A DNA stretch of 64,000 nt. Origin: Negaprion brevirostris. Taxonomy: Eukaryota. The stretch lies in the NCBI GenBank assembly GCA_030324005.1, contig JARDVH010000193.1:85806684-85870683 (forward strand). The letters are read 5' to 3'. This document shows positions 12,503 to 64,000 of this stretch, piece by piece. The notes under the pieces are model-generated. The model did not search any database. It saw only the letters and a program-made list of their open reading frames with translations, and was not told the origin of the DNA. Position 1 is the first letter of the stretch. Every line of letters starts with the position of its first letter. The position numbers and the translations under genes were made by a program.

Positions 12503-14957
12503 TTTATTGTAGCACATGATTGAAACAAACTAAAGCTCATCAGCTTTTCTCCATAATGTAGAAAACAAGCTTAAAAACTGAATACGATTGCAGACTTGCA
12601 TTTAATATGTAGGAATTGTCCCAACGTAACTGTACAGAGTTCAACACCAACTTCATCAAAATTCTTTAAAAAATTTAATATTTCTATTCACAGATCAGGC
12701 CATGTTTGAATTATTGTGTATTTGCATATAATGCAACTCCACTCTAATTTTCAACCAAAGGACCCGAAAGCTATGAATAGCTCACAAGAGCCACTGCAGC
12801 TCCATACAGCACTAAATCTGATTTTTCTACACACTACCACTGCTGAATGCAGATAGTGAAGAGGAGATCAGAATAGTATTACAAGTCCAAAAGGACCCAA
12901 GTGGTGGGACCCATTTAGGAGCAAGGTCCAAAGTGAGCCAACAGTACCATTCATGTTGAATTGTGCCCAAGACAACTCTTCCTGCAACAGCCTCAACCCC
13001 CACTCAGTGATTCCAATTTTAGTTTAAATAAATGAATATATAAACTCAGAATGTGAACCCTGTACACACCCAAATATAGAAAATATTTTAACATCTTGCT
13101 CATATTCAGAGTCCTTGCGGGAAATGGTGCGTATTTCATCCAAACAGCACATACACGTCTTACTAAGTTTTGGGAATGCCATTTACTTATGGGACTTCAT
13201 CTAGCAAACCCAACTCAAGTACATCACTTCACCAAATTGCATTATGGATGAAGCTAAAGCTTCCCACACATTCTCCACGACCTGCCACAATGCCAATTGG
13301 CTCAAACTGTCCAGTCGTGTCTGTTCCAACCACTGTGAACTGGTTTAAAGTAGTATCATTTCACACTGGGGTCAAAAAGTAGGTAAACCAAACCATATCC
13401 TTGCTGATTGGAAACTAGTCAAGTGTGCAAGCCAGCATTTTAACACTTCTTTTAAGGAAGTTTTCAATCATGTGACATCTATCAAACATTTTTAATTCTC
13501 AAGTTATTTGATGCTGTAGAACAAACAGCAATATCGTTAGCAAAACCAACATTCCAACAGAAATTGTATCTGTAAATGCTTTTGATAAAGGTTCAATGTA
13601 TGATCAGAGCTGGCCTTGCTGAACAAAAGCCAGAAAATCCAAGACAAATCCCATTTTGACTTCAATTCCTATACATTGACATTAAGCAAAAGGTTTTTTA
13701 ATTTCAGGATTACCAAGCTTCTCAGATTTCTAACTTGCAAGTAAAATACATTGCAAACAATTGCAAAGGCTGCTGCTGTCCTCAAAAACTCTGCACATAT
13801 CCAAAAAAGACTGCTGCCTTCAAAACTCTGCAAATACCCCTCATATGTAGTTTTCCAAAGAACAAAATTCAGAATGCTCAAAACAAGCTTCACTCAAGTT
13901 TTCAAAAGTTGCATTATTACTTAAAAAAAATACACCAGTATGAAANNNNNNNNNNGGGCAAAATGAATTTGCTACTTATCTGGATTACATGCAAGCAGCA
14001 AGTCAAATTCAGCATCTTTCTACCCATCATAAGAGTGTAAAACAAAACTGCTCAATTGTAAAGCATGAGGTCACAACAGTTATTTTTAAATATATGGCTC
14101 ATAAATGTGTATACAGAAAAAAAGTCAAGTAAATCAAATTGCAACACAAACTAAATTTGCAATGGTTTATCCAGGTTATTTAAATTCACAAAAACAAGGT
14201 GTTTTTTTCCAGGTATAAAGGCATATATACTGCCATTGAATGACTTAAAGATTCATAGAAAGTAAGCTGAGCCACCGTCCAACTGACAGAGCCCAAACCA
14301 AAACCAATCACAACTTGGAGGGAATGCACTATGTAGCAACAGGTTTGTTCATAATCATGAAGTTATTATACATATGAAGCGCAAAGCAGAAATTATCTGT
14401 CCGCATTTCTCCATATCAGACTTTAGTTGTCACCATTTCAGGTGGAAAATATAAAGAACTTGACCAAATACATTGTTGCAATGATAGAAACAAAAAAAAA
14501 ACAGGGATTAAAGGGATTTAATACATTCATTTTTCCTCAACACACAAGTTCTATTCCAGTTTTGCCTTAATATTCGTAGGCACCTAGCAACAACTTTCTC
14601 GAAGTAAAATAAGTGCCGCTTACACTATAGCGGACATGGAGCAATCAATATTGCAACATGGATATGTATGTGGAGAATATACACAGGCGTTTTAATTAAA
14701 TACCGGATATGTTTTCTTTTCTGATATACAGGGCTATGTAATATTATACATATTAAGCCCAATTGCAGCTACTGTTTTCAGTTGGAAACATCCAACGTAC
14801 CGATGAATGTCTAATCGGATTTTTTGTCCTGACTGCTGAAGCAGAAGCAAAGACTATATTTTACTATTTGGTGTGGCAGGTGCAAGGGAAGGGATAACAG
14901 GAAAGAGAAAACAATTTGGTAAAACAGCATGTACTGAAACAGCAAATGCCACTGTCA
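12503..14957 (-). other. PRPS1: Probable long PRPS1 3' UTR
   Basis: AT-rich, apparently repeat-free sequence after the TAA at 14958. Minus-strand AATAAA at 12503-12508, with another at 12002-12007. The true end cannot be fixed without RNA data. Confidence 0.5.
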
Positions 14958-54522
<39,565 letters not shown>

Positions 54523-54569
54523 TTAAAAAAAATAAGTTATAATAATTAAAACAGCTTAATCTTCTCGCT

Positions 54570-54780
54570 GTCACTACGAGCGGGAGGGAAAGGGGTGGCT
54601 CTCTTGCCTCTCAAAGCTGAACTGCCTCCACCAACGCCGCCATCTTTGGAGAGCGCGAGGGAGGTGAGCGCGCGTGATTCCTTCATCACCGCGGGCAGCC
54701 CCGCGGGGCCTGTGATTGGTCATAGATCCTGTCAATCACATTAAACCTTATTCCTGATTGGTCAGTAGAACTGGCGGTAC
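54570..54780 (-). promoter_or_regulatory. PRPS1: PRPS1 CpG-island promoter
   Basis: CpG-dense from about 53810 to 54710. YY1 consensus AAAGATGGCGGCG at 54635-54647 (minus). CCAAT boxes at 54715-54719 and 54757-54761 (minus). Confidence 0.8.
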
Positions 54781-55644
54781 ATGGGATAGCTCCTTGTCCT
54801 CCTGTCAGTCAATCTAAGGTTTTTTTTAATTCAGCCAGTTCAAAGCAACACTCGTCAGTTGGGCTATGACCAAAGTGGTGATTATGTTCCTTCAGCTCTG
54901 GAAAAGTGATGAATTGTTGAGTATTGGTTCCAAAATAAACGCCCATGGCTATATCACCATGTTTGACGTTAAATTGTACAATATAATTATCACCTATAAT
55001 TAGTGGTGTGTTGGAAGACATTGATATGTATTATTCTTTATATAATGTCAAATTTGAATAGCTATGTAATATGCCTTTGCAAATTTTACAAATAAAGTAT
55101 ATTTCTGAAAAAAGTGTAAAGGAGCAGTTGGCTCCAGGATAACACTCCTGGTAATGGGGTCCTTAAAGTCCATAAGGGAGTCTTTTCTAATGAAATCCGT
55201 AAGGATTGCAGTGTAGGCAGACAAAAGCAAAACAGAAGTGCAACCCTTTAAGAGGTCAAAAGTGTTTTAAAAATTTCCATATTTAAATAACATTGGCCAA
55301 CATTTTGTACTCAGTGACAATGGAAGGAGCCTTACTGTTCACCTCAAATTTGGCCACAGAGTTTTAGTGAGTGATTGGGGTTTGTAAATAGGGCTAGCAG
55401 CCTGTCCAACAATCAGACTGAATAGTTCTCATACAGAACACAGCAAGAAGTAAAAAAGCAGGATATTTAAATAATTATACAGAAAACAAGTTACCTTCCA
55501 AGTCTGAAGATTCAAACCCCATTCCAGAAGCAACAGAACAAAATCACGAAAGTTTGTGCAGTAATGGTAAGTTTAAGGACAGTGATTTAAGTTCAAGCTA
55601 ACTCATCGATTGAGTACTTATTACATCATTAGAAGCCTGCATTA

Positions 55645-55940
55645 GTTTATTTATTTATCAGTGTTACAGGTAGGCTTACATTAACACTGCAATGAAGCTA
55701 CTATGAAAATCCCCTAGTTGCCACACCCCAGCACTTGTTCGGGTATACTGAAGAAGAATTTAGCATAGCCACTGCACCTAACCAACACATCTTTCAAACT
55801 GTGGAAGGAAACCATATTATCCAAAGGAAACCCATGCAGACACAAGGAGAACGTGCAGACTCACACAGACAATGACCCAAGCTGGGAATTGAACCTGGGT
55901 CCCCAGCGCTACGAGGCAGCAGTGCCAACTGCTATGTCAC
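55645..55940 (-). mobile_element. tRNA-derived SINE with the alternative (non-CR1) tail
   Basis: Same head and core as the HE1-like copies; tail CTTCATTGCAGTGTTAATGTAAGCCTAC. Confidence 0.85.
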
Positions 55941-56137
55941 CTTACCATCCATCACATTATGGAGGAGAAGAAGATTACTGATAGTAATTTCTGGGTTTGA
56001 TTGTGCATGTGAGGATGCCAATAGCTGTTTGAGTTTAGTCCAGTAATAATGGAGATGCTGACAACCTTGTTATTACTAACACAAATGTGGAGATGCCGGC
56101 GTTGGACTGGGATAATCCTTTTTACGATCAGAACACC

Positions 56138-56181
56138 CAGCCACCTGACGAAGGGACAGGCTGTCCCGAAAGCTTGCGGTT
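56138..56181 (+). ncRNA. Minimal type I hammerhead-ribozyme motif (Penelope-associated), core intact
   Basis: CUGACGA-A-[GGGACA ggc UGUCCC]-GAAA-GC-UU. Stem I AGCCAC/GCGGUU has one mismatch. Stem III is the palindrome AGCU. Confidence 0.7.
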
Positions 56182-56441
56182 TTTGCTACAAATAAGAACA
56201 TAAGAAATAGGAGCAGGAGTAGGCCATCTAGCCCTTCGAGCCTGCCCCGCCATTCAATAGGATCATGGNNNNNNNNNNNNNNNNNNNNNNNNNNNNNNNN
56301 NNNNNNNNNNNNNNNNNNNNNNNNNNNNNNNNNNNNNNNNNNNNNNNNNNNNNNNNNNNNNNNNNNNNAGATTCGCATTCTAATCAGTAATCTGTAAACT
56401 GTCTGTGCTGTTATATGTACTGTCTGAGGCCAGAACTCTCC

Positions 56442-56481
56442 ATTCGCCAGACGAAGAGGGGAACCTCGAAAGCTTGTGAGT
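56442..56481 (+). ncRNA. Second hammerhead motif with mutated core (CAGACGA)
   Basis: CAGACGA-A-[GAGG ggaa CCUC]-GAAA-GC-UU; stem I AUUCGC/GUGAGU pairs fully with G-U wobbles. Confidence 0.6.
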
Positions 56482-56849
56482 TTACTTTCAATAAACTTAA
56501 ACCGATTGTCAGGCTTCTTACTGCATTGTCAGACTTCTTACTGTGTTTACCCCAGATCAACGCCGGCATCTCCACATTGTTACTATCACAAATACAGGGC
56601 CAATATTATTCCCAGTGCCCCAGTGCGCATGCCTGTCTCTGCAGTGACCATCAATCATGGAAGGCTCCAAATACTGTATACTGCAGGCTGAGTCCTCTGT
56701 AGCAGGTCAGACAATCCAATACCTAAACCATAGTTTTGAACAAGGAACCAATATGGCAAAAGATGTCTAAAGTTCCCTAAAGTTCAGTTGTAACAGTTGC
56801 ATCTCTGCTAGAAGGCAAAGGCTATGGACTCAAGTCCTACTCAGTGACT

Positions 56850-57516
56850 GGTGGGCAATGCCAGGGGCCCAAGTTCCAAGGGGCACTGCCCAGCCCTGCC
56901 CCTGATTACCCAGGGGGGGCTTCAATGGCCTCTGGTTCCACTGGCAAGATCATCACATAAGGTTCCAGTTGTTGGGGACCATATGTGATCCTCGCCAATG
57001 AGGACCTCTGCTGGCAAGGTCGTTAAAGCAAGTGAGCTCTGCCTCTCAATTCCAGGGACCCGGGTTCAATTTCCAGCTTGGCTCACTGTGTGGAGTCCGC
57101 ATGTTCTCCCTGTGTCTGTGCAGGTTTCCTCTGGGTGCTCCAGTTTCCTCTCACAGTTTGAAAGATGTGCTGTTTAGGTGCATTGGCCATGCTAACTTCT
57201 CCCCCAGTGTGCCCAAACGGGTGCCAGAGTGTGGCGACCAGGGAATCTTCATAGTAACTTAATTGCAGTGTTAATGTAAACCTACTTGTAACACTAATAG
57301 ATAAACTTTAAAAACTGCATCCAGGGACTTACCGATAACATTTAAATAATCTCATAAATATTTAAATCAGCCTCACACCCGATTACACAAGTGGAAGGGG
57401 CCCAGTTACATTGTGAGGGGTGAGAAACCAGGCACAATTCCAGTTTTTCACCTCTTGTCCAATCTTACCGGCTCGCCATGCTGACTGACTGGCAGGACAA
57501 GCCAATAAGATTGCCC
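56850..57516 (-). mobile_element. MITE-like DNA transposon remnant with a SINE inserted at about 57035-57310
   Basis: Terminus homologous to 2105-2180; internal SINE core with the alternative tail. Confidence 0.5.
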
Positions 57517-58599
57517 CAAAAGTGTTTTTTGACTGTGTAGCTGGTCAAAATCATTTTAACCTCCATCCATTGACTATTATACTGAGATATAGATTTCATA
57601 TGGAAATCCGTGAGCCGGGCTTTGTGGCAAGACTTGGGGGATTGGCAGGATGCTGCAAAATTTGGCCCAACGTTAGCAGAAATGTTAAGAGACGGAATGG
57701 TTTGTGTATAAACAGCTTAATAATACAGAAGATGTTAGTTGCAGAGACCAATATCACCTTGAAAAAGCTGTGAAGCTGGCCCAGGCAACAGAATGTGTGA
57801 ATCGGGGGTAAGAGTTGCAAAATTTGCAAGGTAGGCCAAATGAGATTAATCATTTGTGGTGTAACAGTGCACACTAGAAGAACAATGAGGGCTGAAGTAG
57901 ATTTTTGNNNNNNNNNNNNNNNNNNNNNNNNNNNNNNNNNNNNNNNNNNNNNNNNNNNNNNNNNNNNNNNNNNNNNNNNNNNNNNNNNNNNNNNNNNNNN
58001 NNNNNNNNNNNNNNNNNNNNNNNNNNNNNNNNNNNNNNNNNNNNNNNNNNNNNNNNNNNNNNNNNNNNNNNNNNNNNNNNNNNNNNNNNNNNNNNNNNNN
58101 NNNNNNNNNNNNNNNNNNNNNNNNNNNNNNNNNNNNNNNNNNNNNNNNNNNNNNNNNNNNNNNNNNNNNNNNNNNNNNNNNNNNNNNNNNNNNNNNNNNN
58201 NNNNNNNNNNNNNNNNNNNNNNNNNNNNNNNNNNNNNNNNNNNNNNNNNNNNNNNNNNNNNNNNNNNNNNNNNNNNNNNNNNNNNNNNNNNNNNNNNNNN
58301 NNNNNNNNNNNNNNNNNNNNNNNNNNNNNNNNNNNNNNNNNNNNNNNNNNNNNNNNNNNNNNNNNNNNNNNNNNNNNNNNNNNNNNNNNNNNNNNNNNNN
58401 NNNNNNNNNNNNNNNNNNNNNNNNNNNNNNNNNNNNNNNNNNNNNNNNNNNNNNNNNNNNNNNNNNNNNNNNNNNNNNNNNNNNNNNNNNNNNNNNNNNN
58501 NNNNNNNNNNNNNNNNNNNNNNNNGGACACCCTCTTCCCTCCAGGAGGATGCAAAACCAGGGGCTTTTGGAAATGCGGCCTGGGAGGAAGTTGCTGCTC

Positions 58600-59900
58600 T
58601 GGTGTAGAAAGATTGCACATCCATTGTGAATAGGAGACTGTTAGGGCCTGCAAACTGAAAGCTGTCAATATGACACAGGACATCAGAGGAATCCGGGATG
58701 TAGATAGGGAGGGAATGGACCAGGGGAGTGAGGATGGAGTGAAGACAAGGGGAAATAAGTTCAGCGGGGCAGGCAGGAGCCTACGCGGACAGTCCTGTTT
58801 GTGGNNNNNNNNNNNNNNNNNNNNNNNNNNNNNNNNNNNNNNNNNNNNNNNNNNNNNNNNNNNNNNNNNNNCGGGAGGAGGAAGGGTCGGAGAGTGGGGG
58901 CTCAGTCTCTGTGAGGTAGAGGTCAGTATGGTGGACGGCAAAACACCCCCTTTGTTGGCAGGTTTGAACAACATCAGGGTTGGACCTGAGGGAACAAAGG
59001 ATGGAGAGGCTGTAATGGATAAGAGGAGCAGAAAAATTAAGGCAGCCAATGTCCCCTTGACAGTTCCCACTGAAAAGATTAAGAGTAGGTAATTGTCCCA
59101 ACAGAGATGTCCAATCAGAGGTGGAATGTTGGTGGCATGTGAAAGGATCTGTAATGATGTACCCAGAATTCATTGAGGTGGGGATGTAAGGATACAAAGC
59201 TGAGTGCTTTGCTGAGATCAATATGCTCAGCCTCTAAGAGGGGAAGGGAAAGACACAGCAAGTGCTTGAGTGAGAAGAGATGGAGTTTGAAGGATTGGGA
59301 CTGGTGGAGGGCCTGGGATGGGCAGTGGTGTTGATAAGTTGTTGAAGATTGCATTGCTTTACATCTGCAAGAAACAGGAGAAGTTTTTTGTTCAAACATC
59401 GAATGATAGACTGGGTGAAATAAAACTGGGGACAGGGACAGCTTTGAGAGAGAATAAGATGGTGTTACTGGAGAGAGATGTCGGGTGTCTTCATGTGATG
59501 GGGCATGGAACTGAGTGTGGCTTTCAGGATGAGGTGAGAACAGCAGTTTGAAGAATGTTGTATATCCTGGAGCTACCTGGAATTCTGGAGGTTACATGCG
59601 GGGTGGAATTTGAGTTGAAATCCATTGAGTTGAAATACGTTGGAGATGAAGACATTCACTGAAGAAGGAAATGTGGCTGTGGAAGCGAGTCTTGATAAAT
59701 ACCTTGTCCAACACTAAGAGAAATGGAAAGCAATGAAAGTGAATAGCCGGGGAGAGACATGGGGAAATCCTGTCGAAGAGCAGTGCTACTTCAAGGTAGG
59801 CATTCCTGGGAGAGGAAACTACATTTGAAGATTTGTGCCTAAATGTGTGAGTATTGCACATGGGAACCACAAGACATAAATATGCTGGTAGCGGGTATCT
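58600..59900 (-). mobile_element. Penelope-like element reverse-transcriptase fragment
   Basis: FKPANKGG (KPADKG motif) and FQFAGPNSLLFTMDVQSFYT (MDVxSLYT motif) are typical of Penelope RTs; frameshifted. Confidence 0.85.
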
Positions 59901-60429
59901 GTGAGTAAAACACTTGCTTATAAACAAAACAAATGCTGAACTAGATTAGAGGAAAATCAACATAATATAGTGTCAGACAGAGAGGAAAAACTGAGTGAAT
60001 TTTCAGAAACAAAATGGTCATTGACAATCTTTTCAGTAAAGAAAATAAACTAAATGAAACAAACTGAGGACTTAGGTGAGGGACCACCTGAAGCAAAACA
60101 CAAAATATAAAGGAAATTTAAAACATCAAACTAAAATGTGAGTAAAGGGGTCAATAGACCCCAGTTCTTGCATGGAAGGTCTCAATGGTGCTTGTGGACA
60201 CTGCATGGTCCTTCTCCAGGGACACCAGCTGCAATTGTACCGTGATTGAGGGGCAGACAGTCAAGTCGGCCAATCCCTCAGTTACCCGTTGCCTGAACTT
60301 GTTTATGGCAAGCTTGGCCAGCCCAGGAACAGATTCACAAGGAGGTCCTCCACCTTCCCCACCTCGCTCCATAGCAGGAAATGGCCACTGTCATAGCAAT
60401 GAACGCATAGTTCCAGTCCACGATGGATT

Positions 60430-61960
60430 GGGAGGCTGATAACATCTTTGAGGCTTTTGCAAAGTTTAAATGAAAATAGGTATTGGTATTCAGCACCTGT
60501 GCCAAAGGCACTGGTGAAGAAGAAAGGACCAGTTGCATCCTTTTTTTGGGTAGGAGGGAAAGGTTTGATTTTTTTTTTAATAGCTGGATGATCGATGAGG
60601 ATGACAGTCAGACAGACGTTTGGAAGAATTCAGCATACATCTCCAGCCAAAGTCAAATCATCACATCCACTGATACAAATTTCAAACCCTGAGGCAGGAA
60701 CCAGGTGGACCTGTGACAATTTTGTAATAAGATTGAGGCAGCAGTGTAAATTCCAGGAAACAGATGAAAAGCAAGCTCATAATATCACAGGCTATAGACA
60801 TTGCCAAAATATGTGTGGGGTGATTCTCCCAGCTGCGCTGCTTGAGCCATGTGACGGGCTGGGAGACATTAGTGGGGGCTGTTTCGTAGGCTTCCTGCTG
60901 AGTGTCACAGCCTCTGTGAGTCTCTGCTGCTAAGATTTTCAGCGTAATCAGCTCCATGCTGGAAATCAGCGCAGAGCTGATTACCATATGGAAATTGAGA
61001 TTTACATTTTATTAGGGGACCCAGGACTGAATTCTCCAGTCCCACTAATGTCTCCCTCTCCACCTGGAGTGGTTTACAACTTTTCACAACTAATGAGGAA
61101 TAGGTGGCCTGAGCCTGCTGGAGTGAGGAGACGCTATTGAGGTCCCCCCAGGAGGTCCTGGGGAAGGGGATGCCCCTTGGACACTGCCAGTGTGACCATC
61201 AGGCAGTGCCAAAGGGGTGGGGCCAGAGGGGCAGAGCCTGTTGGAGGAGCGATGGGAGGGGGGTCCCACTGCCACTCTGCACAGGGATGGGTGGCAGAGG
61301 GAGGGAGGATGGTGATCAGGTCTGGCCATCTGGGTGAGGGGTGGAGCCAGGACTGTCGGGGCAGGGATCGGCACCTGCCCAGGGAGGTCCAGGAGGCCAG
61401 TGATTGGAGGGGTGGGGGACCCTGCAACGCAGTGATGGGGGTGTGGCAGGGCTGGTCAGCATTCTGGAGGCCATCGATGCAGGACCACTGTGCATGCACT
61501 GATCTCCATGCTGACAGATCAGCACGTGCGCAGTGGCCCACTTGGTGCTATGCTGCTGGCCTCTCGGCAGAAATAGGTGATGCACAGATTGTCAGAGGTT
61601 CACTCTAGAAATCATGCTGAAAAGAACAACAGAAGTTATTCCCATTTTTTCACAAACTGGGGACTTAGAATTTTTTTGGGAGAATCCTGACCATGAAGTC
61701 TGAAGTAGACAAATTAAGATGCTGACTGCTCAAATACCTAACCTTCAGTTCAGTCAAAGGAAAAGTAGTAGGGTTGCTGTAGTGAAACAGCAACAAAAGA
61801 ATGCACACCAGATAGAGAGAAAAATACGCAAGAACCATGGGTACTGCATGTGCTCACAGAGGGAAGGAAATATTCCACTTATGGATAGAAGTGCAAAGCT
61901 TGTAGAAAGCCCTGTCACCGGGAAAAGATGTACAGAAATATCACAAACAGGATCTGGAAA
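60430..61960 (+). mobile_element. Gypsy gag remnant split by a GC-rich MITE
   Basis: ERTSCILF and TCDNFVIRLR..CKF gag-like motifs before the MITE; Cys/His-containing remnant near 61840-61930 after it. Confidence 0.45.
60817..61692. mobile_element. GC-rich non-autonomous DNA transposon (possibly PIF/Harbinger-derived MITE)
   Basis: Terminal inverted repeats GGGGTGATTCTCCCA / TGGGAGAATCCTGACC around about 870 bp of GC-rich sequence with no recognisable protein. Confidence 0.55.
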
Positions 61961-61984
61961 GAACTGAAATCCTTGTACCATAAT

Positions 61985-64000
61985 AAATATGAACAGGAGT
62001 AGGCCATTTGACAGCTCAAATCAGCTCTGCCAATCAATAGGTTCATGGCTGATTCAACATTCTTCAAGTTCACTTTCCTGCCCTTTCCCCATAACCTTTG
62101 GTTCCCTTACTAATCAAAAATTTATCTTAGCCCTAAACTTACACATTGACTCTGCCCCCACAGCTCTCTGTGGCAAGGGTTCCAAAGACTCCCAACATTC
62201 TGAGAGAAGAAATTCCTTCTCATCCTAGTCTTAAATTGGCACCACTTTATTCTGAGACTTTGCCCTCTGCGCTTGGACTCTCCTGTGAGTGGAAACATCC
62301 TCTCACCATTTACCCTATCAAGCCCCTTAAGAATCATAAGTACTTAAATGAGATTATCTCTCATTCTTCTACAATCCAAAGAGTAGAGTCCTAACCTATT
62401 TTAACATTTCCTCATAAGACAATCCCTCCATATCAGAGGTGATCCTAGTGAACCTTCTCTGAACTGGCTCCAATAAACTATCTTTCCTTAAATAAATGGG
62501 CCAAAACTGCTCACAGTATTCCAAATGTAGCCTCACAGTACCTTGTAAGTTGTAGCAAGACTTCTCCACTCGCATGCTCCAAACTCCTCGAAATAAAGGC
62601 TAATGCTCCATTAGCCTTATTGATTACTTGCTGCACCTGTGTGTTTGCTTTCTGTGTTTGATGCACAAGTACTCCTAAGTCTCTTTAAGTTGCAGCTTTC
62701 TGCAGCTTTTCTCCATTTAAATAATACTCTGTTCTTTTGTCTCCCCTTCCAAAATTAACAACTTCACATTTTCCACATTATACTCCATTTTCCAACTTCT
62801 TGCCTACTTAATTAACCTGTCAATATCTCTTGGTAAACTGATTGTATCCCTCTCACAACTTGCCTTTCCACCAACTTCCGTGTCGACTGCAAATTTGACA
62901 AGTACATTTGCCCCCTTTCTCTAAGTCATTAATATATATTGTAAACAGCTGCGGTCCCAGTACTGATCCCAATGGAATCTCTCTGGTTACAGATTGCTAA
63001 CTGAAAAAGAATCCCTTATCGCAACTCACTATTTCCTGCCAATTAGCTAACTCTCTATCAATGTGAATATATTACCTCCAACATCATGGGCTCTTACCAC
63101 ATGACTTAATCTTTTGTGAGGTACTTTGTCAAACCGTTTCAAGTCCAAAGGGAACACATCTATTGGTTCCTCTTTATGCACTCTGATTGAGACTTTGGGC
63201 AGCATGGTGGCAAAGTGATTAGCACTGCTGCCTCCAGGCGCCAAGGACCTGGGTTTGATTCCCTGTTTGGGTGATTGTCTGGGTGGAGTTTGCACATTCT
63301 CCTTGTGTCTGCATGGGTTTCCTTTGGGTGATCTAATTTCCTCCCATGTCTGAAAGGCATGCTAGTTAGGTGCATTGGCCATGCTAAATACTCCCTCAGT
63401 GTGTCCGGAACAGATGCTGAAATGTGGTGACTAGGGGATATTCACAGTAACTTCATTGCAGTGTCAATGTGAGCCTACTTGTGATACTAATAAGTAAACT
63501 TTAAACTTTTCCTCAAAAAAGTCTAATAAATTAATCAGACATGATTTTCCTTTCATGAAGCTACGCTGACTCTGCTTGATTAGATTGATTTTTCTGAATG
63601 TGCTGCTATTACTTCCTTAATTGATTCCGACATTTTTCTAACAATAGATGTTACGTTAATTGGCCTAATAGGCTAATAGTTGCCCTCTTTTGTCTACCTC
63701 CCTTTTTGAATAGAGGCATCGCATTGGCAGTTTTCCAATCTTCTAGTATTTCTCCATAATCCAAAGAATTTTGGAAAATTACAACCAATGCTTCCAGTTT
63801 CTCTGTAGATGCTTCTTTTCAGATCCTAGGATGCAAGCCATCAGGGCCAGGGGACTTATCTGCCTTTAGTCCCATTAGTTTATATCATACTATTTCTCTA
63901 GTGATGTATTTAATTCCTGCCCGGTATTCTTTAGTGTTAAAAGGATGTTCAATGTATCTTCTACGATAAAGACTGATGCAAAATATCTGTTTAACTCCTC
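61985..64000 (-). mobile_element. CR1 LINE ORF2 3' half, running off the window, with a SINE inserted at about 63197-63510
   Basis: ILKGLDRVNGERMFPL, RRNFFSQNVGSLWN and FDKVPHKRL motifs; CR1 tail near 61990. Confidence 0.92.

Larger units (their letters stand above)
56085..56577 (+). mobile_element. Short Penelope-like insertion with inverted ends and two hammerhead motifs, interrupted by a young CR1 tail and a gap
   Basis: Perfect 20-bp inverted ends ATGTGGAGATGCCGGCGTTG / CAACGCCGGCATCTCCACAT; flanking direct repeat TTACTAACACAAAT / TTACTATCACAAAT. Confidence 0.8.

Noticed and set aside
61090-61608. Overlapping GC-rich ORFs on both strands
   Set aside because: They lie inside a TIR-bounded MITE; low stop frequency in GC-rich DNA explains them and no protein family is recognisable.

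Overview
Vertebrate nuclear DNA from a gapped draft assembly, most likely a shark or other cartilaginous fish (HE1-type tRNA-derived SINEs sharing tails with CR1/HER1-type LINEs, plus Penelope-like elements). It holds two intact minus-strand host genes. PRPS1 has 7 coding exons (54501->14958; 122+184+99+125+174+160+93 = 957 nt = 318 aa + stop; all introns GT-AG) and a CpG-island promoter. Downstream is the single-coding-exon mitochondrial carrier SLC25A53. Most of the rest is decayed CR1, L2, RTE, Rex1, Gypsy, Penelope, SINE and MITE sequence. The most unusual item is an intronless, 3'-truncated tropomodulin (TMOD2/3-like) retrocopy in PRPS1 intron 3. Its 189-codon frame is still open, and it sits between two inverted Penelope-like termini that share private substitutions, suggesting mRNA capture by a Penelope element. 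Penelope termini in the window carry minimal hammerhead-ribozyme motifs whose stem II differs in sequence but still pairs. One copy with an intact core lies about 1.6 kb upstream of the PRPS1 start codon. Repeat boundaries are approximate and family calls come from recognised motifs, not database searches.
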